Shown in pieces: positions 9,761 through 17,142 of a stretch of 64,000 nt of DNA. Position 1 is the first letter of the stretch. Every line of letters begins with the position of its first letter. This DNA comes from a virus, in IMG/VR virus record IMGVR_UViG_3300021364_000006. One strand, given 5' to 3'. The notes under the pieces were generated by a model. That model saw nothing but the letters and a program-made list of their open reading frames with translations. It did not search any database and was not told the DNA's origin. Position numbers and translations under genes: made by a program.

Positions 9761-9975
9761 CAGGCAACCTCTACAGATTCAAGATCAGAATAAATTTGAT
9801 CCATGAGAATCTCATAATCGTCTAGAGGATCTCCCGAAAAAACTACACCGTTGGTCTCATAGAACTTACGAACTTTTTTGAAGAGTTTAGGGTTCTTAAC
9901 GTCAAGAAGAAAATCACCATTCGCTGCCCCAGTCAGGGTTTGAATGTCTTTCTTGAATTTTGCAGTCAGTGCCAT
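9760..9975 (-). CDS. conserved cyanophage hypothetical protein
   Basis: LDVKNPKLFKKV..FSGDPLDDY. Confidence 0.75.
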   Translation of the reverse strand: MALTAKFKKDIQTLTGAANGDFLLDVKNPKLFKKVRKFYETNGVVFSGDPLDDYEILMDQIYSDLESVEVA

Positions 9976-9998
9976 CTCTTTGTGTTGATTACTCGATT

Positions 9999-10027
9999 AT
10001 TATAGTGGAATGTGACTGAGGTGTCAA
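9999..10027 (-). promoter_or_regulatory. consensus sigma70 (early) promoter
   Basis: TTGACA-17-TATAAT. Confidence 0.85.
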
Positions 10028-10302
10028 TCCTTTTCGTACTCGTCAGTCATTTTTTTGTGAAGGTCTGCAAAGTCATTTGTCAGATCTACAAAGCGGTCAG
10101 CCCAGGTGTCTCCACCTTCCTGACCTTTAAGTGGGTTGATGCACGTTGCATCGCCGTGGTTATTGCAAACAAGTCCTGCAAGATCTATTTCAGACCCTTT
10201 AGCACCTGTTCTCCACATGTGTTGACCATTTATCCAGACAGCCCCACACTTGGGGCATTCCTTACGTTCCAAGCTAAGCTCGGACAAGTTTCGGTCGTTC
10301 AT
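10024..10302 (-). CDS. hypothetical protein, Cys-rich
   Basis: ECPKCGAVWINGQH..LAGLVC. Confidence 0.7.
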   Translation of the reverse strand: MNDRNLSELSLERKECPKCGAVWINGQHMWRTGAKGSEIDLAGLVCNNHGDATCINPLKGQEGGDTWADRFVDLTNDFADLHKKMTDEYEKD

Positions 10303-10307
10303 TTTTT

Positions 10308-10478
10308 TTAGGTTATGGATGGGGGTGGACCTATCTTCTCCAAAACCTCTTGCTGTTTGAGGTATAGGAGAGCATATTGCAATAACACTTTCTTCACCTC
10401 ATCTATGTCGTCGCATTCAGCGACTTTTCTAGATAACATTTCGTAAGTGAATTGCTTTTCCGACGATTGCAAGTCCAT
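10308..10478 (-). CDS. NblA-like small helical protein (not in ORF track)
   Basis: MDLQSSEKQFTYEMLSRKVAECDDIDEVKKVLLQYALLYLKQQEVLEKIGPPPSIT; fills the intergenic gap; TTAAATA just upstream. Confidence 0.55.
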   Translation of the reverse strand: MDLQSSEKQFTYEMLSRKVAECDDIDEVKKVLLQYALLYLKQQEVLEKIGPPPSIT

Positions 10479-10482
10479 GGTA

Positions 10483-10683
10483 CTATTTAACCTTTTCTAA
10501 ACGAGTGCATTTCTCGTCAAGATCATAATACAATTTGTAACAATTTGTCAATACATAGTACCCAGTGATCTCGGAACTATTACAGGTATACCCGTAAGCC
10601 CTGACCTTTTCACAACGCCCATCGATATTAAAACATTTGTCTGTGTGTAGATATGAGTGGTAACGTTCGTCCAAGTTGATCAT
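10483..10683 (-). CDS. hypothetical protein
   Basis: 66-aa ORF, translationally coupled. Confidence 0.65.
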   Translation of the reverse strand: MINLDERYHSYLHTDKCFNIDGRCEKVRAYGYTCNSSEITGYYVLTNCYKLYYDLDEKCTRLEKVK

Positions 10684-10928
10684 CTGATTTCAAAATTGAG
10701 TTTGCGAACTTTGCGTTTGCGTCGGTTCTCCTGATATTCTAAGTCCTTTTCGGTAAAAGCAGTGTGACTCTTAATACTCTTATCGGTTTTTGTCAGGACT
10801 ACCAGATCAAGATCGACGGCTGTAATTTTATCGTCAATTAGTGTCATCATATTCGGACACCCACAACTCTGTGGTTTGTTCGTACTGGTCAATTCTACAT
10901 TGCAGTTTTTGCATCTGGCAGATAACAT
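10680..10928 (-). CDS. hypothetical zinc-ribbon protein
   Basis: CKNC..CGCPN. Confidence 0.7.
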   Translation of the reverse strand: MLSARCKNCNVELTSTNKPQSCGCPNMMTLIDDKITAVDLDLVVLTKTDKSIKSHTAFTEKDLEYQENRRKRKVRKLNFEIR

Positions 10929-11028
10929 GATTTAATTTCTCCTTGATATCGTCCAACTCTTTACTAATAAGTTTATTTTCACGTTTTAGTGGACGCTGAA
11001 TTAGTTTCTTTAATTTTTTTGTCTTCAT
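10834..11028 (-). CDS. hypothetical protein
   Basis: 64-aa ORF, ATGA overlap. Confidence 0.45.
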   Translation of the reverse strand: MKTKKLKKLIQRPLKRENKLISKELDDIKEKLNHVICQMQKLQCRIDQYEQTTELWVSEYDDTN

Positions 11029-11612
11029 ATAAACTTCTTCGGGTGTCTACTATCATATGTATAAGAATATTCATGATCATTTACAAGATCATCAACTTTA
11101 TCAGTGACACAATAACAAAAAGCGAGAGTCGTTCTCAACTCATCGGTAAAATTATTTGGAGATGCTCCATAATGTTTCCAATGAGATGGTATTAAAACAC
11201 CACAGTTTGGTAGATATGGTGTGTAATAATATTGACCAGTCTCTGGATCTACACAAACAAATTCACCACCCCACTGAATATCCCAATTATCATTAGTGAA
11301 CAAAACAAAAGTCCAAACATATTCTTGTGAGAAGTCATGATGGAACCCACCTTTTTGTAAGGCAGTTTGACCATTAGCATGTATTTTAACTAGATGTAAT
11401 TTTTCCTTTATATGTTTTAGAATTTTTAACTTTATATATGAGGCGACATTGAAAAAAAGTAATTTGTCATGAATATGCTTCAATCCCCAAGATCGCTCTA
11501 GTCCCATTTCTGATGCATTATTCAGACCCCAAATATCCGCATCAAGCTCATCGACAACTGCCTCAAACAAGTCATCACTTAAAACATCGTAGAATTCAAT
11601 AGGAAATGTCAT
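11025..11612 (-). CDS. 2OG-Fe(II) oxygenase (HxD, WGG type)
   Basis: FHHD..WDIQWGGEF..PSHWKH..LRTTLAF. Confidence 0.85.
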   Translation of the reverse strand: MTFPIEFYDVLSDDLFEAVVDELDADIWGLNNASEMGLERSWGLKHIHDKLLFFNVASYIKLKILKHIKEKLHLVKIHANGQTALQKGGFHHDFSQEYVWTFVLFTNDNWDIQWGGEFVCVDPETGQYYYTPYLPNCGVLIPSHWKHYGASPNNFTDELRTTLAFCYCVTDKVDDLVNDHEYSYTYDSRHPKKFI

Positions 11613-12190
11613 GCGAAAAGAGATAACTTCATTTGTGGATAGCGTTTATCAATTACTTCAAAGTCATCACGATCACAATACATAAAAGCAACTGATTTTC
11701 TCATTCCCGCTTTAGGTGTATTGGGTGCAAAACCATTATGTTGCCAATGACTTGGAATAACTACACCACCATTTGGTATATATGGAACATAATTATACTG
11801 GTTAGTAGAAGGATCTCTAGCAACAAATTCACCTCCCCAAGTTGTATCCCACTCTTCACTGAGGAATAATACAAAAGTAAAACAATTATCCACTTCTTCA
11901 AAGTCTACGTGAAACTCAGGACATTCACCAAAAAGTTTTCCATTAACTTGAATTTTTGCAATTCTCAGATCTCTCTGAATATGTTTTTTAAGTTTGAGTA
12001 AGATATGAGTTCCGACATTGTAATATATCATTCGATCATGTTTAGACAACTGACCAAAAAATTTACTATCTGAATTTTTATTTGCTACGTAAGTTCCATT
12101 ACCAAAAAACCACTCCGTCAATTCTGCATTCATTGATTCAAACAATGAGATGGGAAGAACGTTTTCAAATATAATCGGATATCTATTCAT
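11609..12190 (-). CDS. 2OG-Fe(II) oxygenase (HxD, WGG type)
   Basis: FHVD..WDTTWGGEF..PSHWQH..MRKSVAF; ATG just downstream of tRNA-Thr. Confidence 0.85.
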   Translation of the reverse strand: MNRYPIIFENVLPISLFESMNAELTEWFFGNGTYVANKNSDSKFFGQLSKHDRMIYYNVGTHILLKLKKHIQRDLRIAKIQVNGKLFGECPEFHVDFEEVDNCFTFVLFLSEEWDTTWGGEFVARDPSTNQYNYVPYIPNGGVVIPSHWQHNGFAPNTPKAGMRKSVAFMYCDRDDFEVIDKRYPQMKLSLFA

Positions 12191-12193
12191 TAA

Positions 12194-12265
12194 AGCCCCC
12201 AGTCGGATTTGAACCAACGACCTACGCTTTACAAAAGCGTTGCTCTACCGCTGAGCTATAGAGGC
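12194..12265 (-). tRNA. tRNA-Thr(TGT)
   Basis: GCCTCTATAGCTCAG..TTGTAA..GGTTCAAATCC cloverleaf. Confidence 0.92.
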
Positions 12266-12272
12266 GATGGCA

Positions 12273-12344
12273 CTCCCAAGGCTGGATTTGAACCAGCGAC
12301 CAGCCGATTAACAGTCGGCGGCTCTGCCACTGAGCTACTTGGGA
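12273..12344 (-). tRNA. tRNA-Asn(GTT)
   Basis: TCCCAAGTAGCTCAG..CTGTTAA..GGTTCAAATCC. Confidence 0.92.
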
Positions 12345-12365
12345 ATAAGTGTTCCCCGAAGGGAA

Positions 12366-12437
12366 AGCGGAGTATCGGAATCGAACCGACGACATCTAAC
12401 TTGGAAGGATAGCGTTCTACCGCTGAACTAACTCCGC
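12366..12437 (-). tRNA. tRNA-Gly(TCC)
   Basis: GCGGAGTTAGTTCAG..CTTCCAA..GGTTCGATTCC. Confidence 0.92.
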
Positions 12438-12441
12438 GAGG

Positions 12442-12513
12442 CAGGCCCACCAGGAATCGAACCTGGGACAACCGCTTAGAAGGCGGGGGTTATATCCGCT
12501 TAACTATGGGCCC
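12442..12513 (-). tRNA. tRNA-Arg(TCT)
   Basis: GGGCCCATAGTTAAG..CTTCTAA..GGTTCGATTCC. Confidence 0.9.
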
Positions 12514-12701
12514 TTGTCCTCTTTTTTTAGTTTGAAGTAGAGTTTATAGTATCTCTTCTTCATTTCATCGATAGTTTCCATATCTTCTTGGAAACCCATG
12601 TACTTGAGGAGTTGGGATGACCCCTCAAGTTCACTCAGTAATCTTAACACGTTGATTGGATTTCTGTCAAGACCACCGAAAGACCATTCATCTAGGCCCA
12701 T
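12504..12701 (-). CDS. conserved cyanophage hypothetical protein
   Basis: FGGLDRNPINVLRLLSELEGS. Confidence 0.7.
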   Translation of the reverse strand: MGLDEWSFGGLDRNPINVLRLLSELEGSSQLLKYMGFQEDMETIDEMKKRYYKLYFKLKKEDKGP

Positions 12702-13233
12702 ACTAATTTAGCATGATAATCATGGGCATAAATTTCACGATTACCCTTGATGCCCCAACCTAACCAGTAATATGAAGGAACCATGTATTGAGAGATAGTT
12801 TTACCACGACCTTCAAACTCTGGAAGATAACGTTGGAAGACACTTTCGTTAATCATATAACGAACTTGACCATCTAGACTACTTGGATCACATCCAAAGT
12901 TATCACAGAACTTACCAAGATTGTTATAGCGACCTACTGAGGTCCACTGAATAAGACCATAACCACCGCGATGGCAATCCCCGTAAGAAACTCTAGCCCC
13001 TCCCTCGCATATGTTGGGAATAAACTTGCTTTCCTGTTGGATATTTCCCATGATCGTTGCAAGAGCTTTACGATCACTAATTCGGGTGTGTTCTTGGAGT
13101 TCTGCGAGACATACTGTTCATTGGGTGTGCAATCAGGGCACTTCCATTCCTTCTCTACGACTGGAATAGGAACAGCAGCAGGTGCCTCCAATTGTTTAGG
13201 TGTAAATAAAAATGCAAGTGCCTCAAAAATCAT
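12692..13233 (-). pseudogene. phage tail lysozyme-like (Phage_lysozyme2) gene with 1-bp frameshift near 13108
   Basis: Adding one C joins MIFEAL..EQYV to LAELQEHTRISDRKALATIMGNIQQES..GYGLIQWT. Confidence 0.7.
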
Positions 13234-13663
13234 GGGGGAAATAATCCTTCCTGTAATAACGACCGAGAATATTGCTATTATAATAGGCAGGCGTGCCATC
13301 GTCAAGAGCCTCCGTCAAAACACCGTGTATGAAGAGTTGACGGGTCTCTTCAAAGTTGACTTTTCCCTTAGTAGCGTGGAGGGATAAGATTTCCCTCTTG
13401 AAAAAGGTGTTATTTCCAAGTTCACGACGCTCCCGATTAAGTTCGTCAGAGCTTCCGTAGTATTTTTTCCAGTTGCTTTCACTTTTAACTCGCCTACCTC
13501 CACCTCTAGGTTTTCGTAGTTGGTGAAAGTACTTCCTTCCGATGTAGGCCTTACCACTGCATAAGTTTGTAATCCGATAGACAAAACCGAAATTGTCGTT
13601 AATGTCCTCAGATAGAAAAGGGTGTCCGTTAAAAATCCAGGGATTCTCATAATCTATATCCAC
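13223..13663 (-). CDS. GIY-YIG-family endonuclease-like protein
   Basis: GFVYRITN..KAYIGRK, WKKYYGSS, YYNSNI. Confidence 0.75.
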   Translation of the reverse strand: MDIDYENPWIFNGHPFLSEDINDNFGFVYRITNLCSGKAYIGRKYFHQLRKPRGGGRRVKSESNWKKYYGSSDELNRERRELGNNTFFKREILSLHATKGKVNFEETRQLFIHGVLTEALDDGTPAYYNSNILGRYYRKDYFPHDF

Positions 13664-13697
13664 AGTAAATATTCTTACTGTCGATATTTAGCAAGAC

Positions 13698-13895
13698 TTA
13701 TTTTTTCTTTTTATCTTCTTTTCTAGAATCACCAGTCAACATACTTCTAATTGCTGCAGCACCACCAAACATTGCTGCTTTTCTAAGTAATGCAGGAGCA
13801 AGAGCTTTAAGCATGGCACCACCACCAACAGCAATTGCAGGTGCTATCTCATCAACTCTTTGTGTTTGAGATGTAAATTCCTTAAAGGTTTTCAT
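13698..13895 (-). CDS. small late protein with capsid-targeting-like N-terminus
   Basis: MKTFKEF..VDE; CTAAATA upstream. Confidence 0.65.
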   Translation of the reverse strand: MKTFKEFTSQTQRVDEIAPAIAVGGGAMLKALAPALLRKAAMFGGAAAIRSMLTGDSRKEDKKKK

Positions 13896-13917
13896 TACTG
13901 CTGAACTTTTTAGTTAT

Positions 13918-14100
13918 TTAGTCTGGATAACCGTCATCGTCATCAAATAACTCATCGTAATCACCATAATACTGTGGAGGATCGTCAAAATTCTCCCTCT
14001 TATCTACATAAGATTTCGGATCAGAATAAATTTCAGATTCAAGTTCTTCAACAATTTCTTTTAGAGCCATTACTAAGACTTTAAGTTTAGCTTTATTCAT
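13918..14100 (-). CDS. conserved cyanophage hypothetical protein
   Basis: KLKVLV..ELESEIYSD..DDDDGYPD. Confidence 0.75.
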   Translation of the reverse strand: MNKAKLKVLVMALKEIVEELESEIYSDPKSYVDKRENFDDPPQYYGDYDELFDDDDGYPD

Positions 14101-14121
14101 CTCTTTATCCCTAACAAGGCA

Positions 14122-14158
14122 ATTGTACATAAAAAAAGGGAACCTGTCAAGGCCCCCT
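14122..14158 (-). promoter_or_regulatory. terminator hairpin fused with sigma70 promoter
   Basis: AGGGGGCC-TTGACA-GGTTCCCT-T run; TTGACA-17-TACAAT. Confidence 0.75.
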
Positions 14159-14179
14159 TATAGTTAACTAAGATAAAAT

Positions 14180-15826
14180 TTATTTTGCGGGACGCATTCC
14201 TACGGAACGAGTTACAGTTTTTCTCTTTCCAACATTTGTACCATCATTCATACCTTCTCTACCGTAGGTTCCTACTGGTCCAATTCCACTAACTCTGGTA
14301 TCACCTTTTTTAGTGGGTCCACCAACTCTAATGTATCCACCAGATCCACCGACAAGTTCTTTTTTGCCTGTGACTCTATCTTTGATATCCTTTCCAACTT
14401 TAGAACCAAACTTGTATGCACCTTTAGCTGTATCTTTAACCCCTTTGTAAAGTTTATCAAGAACTTCAGTAAGTTCCTCACTTTCCATGACGCTTTGAAC
14501 AAGTAATTCAATATTCTCGTCATCCATCTCAGAGATGATGTAGTTTGCTTCCTCTAGTGATTCAGCCTCACCGTTGTTAATTAGGAAATCAATGATAGCA
14601 GAACCAATATGCATCTGCTCAAGGATGTTAATGATAAATCCTTCACTCATACCCTCAAGCATAACTAGAGCGCCATCTGCGGACTCTGCAATGCCCTCAG
14701 AGACGAGGTGTTGTACCACTAGTTCAAACTCATTCTCTTCAAATCTTGAACCACGACGCTGGGGTCCTCTGGTTTTGTTCTCTGCTGACTGAGCCATGGA
14801 CTTTGCCTTGGCATCTGCTCTCAACTTAGCAAGTTCTGCTGTACGTGCAGGAGACTTTGTGAGACCTTTCATCAAAGGATTTGGAGTCTTGGGTTTATTA
14901 GACATTGAGTTGGCCTTACCAAACTTCTCAGCTGCCCTTAAATCCTTAGAACTTCCTTCAACTCTACCAGTTGTTGGGTTCTTCTTCCTTAGACGATCAT
15001 ACTCTACGTTGATAGGATTCTTGGATTTAGTGGTTGCTGTAGATGAACCACTGCCGCTACCGCTACCAGAACCACCAGAGCGGCCACCACCTGAAGAACC
15101 TGATCCACCAGAGCGGCCACCACCTGAAGAACCTGATCCACCAGAGCTACCACTGCCACCACCTGAAGAACCACCACCACGTAGTGGTGGATTAGAAGGC
15201 ATTCCTTTACCAGACGTACCAGTACCGAATCCACCGTCTCTACCAGTACCATAGTTTGCCTGGGGATTCTTGGATCCAGGACCAGCTGTTATCTTAGGTT
15301 CAGTTTCAGTTTTCTTAGGTTTAGGAAGAACTGGACCACCACCAGGTGCAGTGTAAGAACCACCAGCACGGACTACAGGATCAGCAGCTGCTGAACTTCC
15401 ACGAGATGGTGCAAGATATTCTCCTACCTTGTTGGCTGCTTTTGTTAAACCACCAAATAGTTGTCCAACACTAATACCACCTTTCGCCCCCGATCCACGA
15501 CGGTTGCGTCTTCCACCTTGCTCATCAAGACGTGCATGGATTGCACCCTCTACATATCTTAGTTTGGTATCAAAAGTACCATCTTCGGTGATATAGGCAG
15601 TTACAGATTCATTCTGAAGTGCTTCTTTAAACTTAGCAAGAATTTTTCCTTCTGAAGATTCAGATACAAACTCCAATACATCGTCCTCAGTGTATCCCTC
15701 GGATACCATTTGAACACCAATTGCATTTACAAGGGTTTTTTCATTCTTTTTGTTCTCATGATAATCAGTAGTTCCTACTTTACCATAAGATTCAACTAGT
15801 CCTTTTAATTGATTAGAGGGCTGCAT
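14180..15826 (-). CDS. large low-complexity late protein (probable internal head protein)
   Basis: Alternating acidic helical repeats and G/S/K-rich segments; TATAAATA upstream. Confidence 0.7.
   Translation of the reverse strand: MQPSNQLKGLVESYGKVGTTDYHENKKNEKTLVNAIGVQMVSEGYTEDDVLEFVSESSEGKILAKFKEALQNESVTAYITEDGTFDTKLRYVEGAIHARLDEQGGRRNRRGSGAKGGISVGQLFGGLTKAANKVGEYLAPSRGSSAAADPVVRAGGSYTAPGGGPVLPKPKKTETEPKITAGPGSKNPQANYGTGRDGGFGTGTSGKGMPSNPPLRGGGSSGGGSGSSGGSGSSGGGRSGGSGSSGGGRSGGSGSGSGSGSSTATTKSKNPINVEYDRLRKKNPTTGRVEGSSKDLRAAEKFGKANSMSNKPKTPNPLMKGLTKSPARTAELAKLRADAKAKSMAQSAENKTRGPQRRGSRFEENEFELVVQHLVSEGIAESADGALVMLEGMSEGFIINILEQMHIGSAIIDFLINNGEAESLEEANYIISEMDDENIELLVQSVMESEELTEVLDKLYKGVKDTAKGAYKFGSKVGKDIKDRVTGKKELVGGSGGYIRVGGPTKKGDTRVSGIGPVGTYGREGMNDGTNVGKRKTVTRSVGMRPAK
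15072..15147. repeat. 33-bp coding tandem repeat (GSGSSGGGRSG)
   Basis: ccaccagagcggccaccacctgaagaacctgat x2 plus partial copy. Confidence 0.9.
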
Positions 15827-15853
15827 TTCTTTAGACAACTTTTTTCCTGACTT

Positions 15854-15888
15854 TATTTATAAAAAAAGAGGAGCACTACTGCTCCTCT
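15854..15888 (-). terminator. nrdB terminator followed by T4 late promoter TATAAATA
   Basis: AGAGGAGCA-GTAG-TGCTCCTCT-T run-ATAAATA. Confidence 0.8.
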
Positions 15889-15954
15889 GCCTTAGATATA
15901 ATGGGAGTCAATGGTTCAGTTTGATCCATCTCTTCCCATATTTTTTTGAAATCG

Positions 15955-17142
15955 TCAAAGTTTGAATCCTGCGAAGGAGTCTTTCTTGACATCTTGTTTA
16001 ATTCCACCGACAACATAACTTTCTACCTCAGTCTCTTGTGGGGCAACTTGGAGTCCTTTAGAAGAAATCCAATGTTCGGTCCAAGGAAGTGGATTATTTT
16101 TCGCAGCAATATCGAAAATTGGCTTGATGCCAATCGCTTTCATGCGACGATTTGCAATCCACTCAACATAGTTCTTGAGAAGTTTGTCATTAAGACCAAT
16201 CATACTACCATCTTTGAACAGATATTCCGCCCAAAGTTTTTCTTGATTCACTGCAGTTTCAAACGTCTTACTCACCCATTGCTCCTCTTCCTTGGCAATC
16301 TGCTTCATATCAGGATCATCACCATCTTTCCACTTATTCAGAATGTTTTGGGTGATGACCAAGTGCTGATTTTCGTCCCTGGCGATAAGAGAAATGATTT
16401 TTGCCGATCCTTCCATAAGCTTAAGTTCGCCAAATGCGAACGAACATGCGAAGGAGACATAGAACCTAATTCCTTCCAGGATGTTGACGTTAGCGACTGC
16501 TCGGTAGAGTTTTCTTTTGAGTTCATAGAGAGTTGAAGCGGCTACAGGAACCTCATCCAAGACATGTTGCCACATATTACCACTGGCATATTCAGCGGCA
16601 TGTGTAATAAAATCATCATAAGATTCAGTGACAGCAGTTGCTCTCTCTAGAATCTTTGGATCTTGGAGTATGGTATCGAAAACCTCTGAAGGATTTGCAT
16701 ACACATTTTTAATGATGTAAGTATAGGAGCGACTATGGATCATTTCCATAAACTCCCAGACCTTCATACAGGCTTCGAGTTCGGGAAGAGAACAGTAGGG
16801 CGCGAACGCCATACCAGGCCCTCTTCCCTGAACAGAGTCTAGCATAACTTGGTACTTCAAGTTAGAAGTAAAGATATGCTTCTGTTCTGGACGTAGGGTT
16901 TGATAATCTGCACGATCCTTTTGGAGGGAAACCTCCTCAGGACGCCAGAAATACCCTAGTTGTTGAGTGGTCAGTTTGTCGAAAACAGGATATTTGTAAG
17001 AGTCATATCTTTGTACCCCCAAAGGAGCTCCAAAAAACATTGGTTGCTTTTTGGTGTCTACTTGATCAGCGTTGAAAACAGTAAATGATTCAACCATTTT
17101 GTTGTTTGGGGTATCGTTTGTTTTAAATCTTACAAGACTCAC
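15955..17142 (-). CDS. nrdB: ribonucleotide reductase class Ia beta subunit
   Basis: FWRPEEV, EMIHSRSY, LEGIRFYVSF, RDENQH. Confidence 0.97.
   Translation of the reverse strand: MSLVRFKTNDTPNNKMVESFTVFNADQVDTKKQPMFFGAPLGVQRYDSYKYPVFDKLTTQQLGYFWRPEEVSLQKDRADYQTLRPEQKHIFTSNLKYQVMLDSVQGRGPGMAFAPYCSLPELEACMKVWEFMEMIHSRSYTYIIKNVYANPSEVFDTILQDPKILERATAVTESYDDFITHAAEYASGNMWQHVLDEVPVAASTLYELKRKLYRAVANVNILEGIRFYVSFACSFAFGELKLMEGSAKIISLIARDENQHLVITQNILNKWKDGDDPDMKQIAKEEEQWVSKTFETAVNQEKLWAEYLFKDGSMIGLNDKLLKNYVEWIANRRMKAIGIKPIFDIAAKNNPLPWTEHWISSKGLQVAPQETEVESYVVGGIKQDVKKDSFAGFKL

Noticed and set aside
12209-12471. ORFs across the tRNA cluster
   Set aside because: Fully explained by four tRNA genes
13090-13125. 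Programmed ribosomal frameshift in the lysozyme-like gene
   Set aside because: No slippery sequence or stimulatory structure visible
15040-15190. Repeats that might be a CRISPR-like array
   Set aside because: In-frame Gly/Ser coding repeats with no spacers; no cas genes
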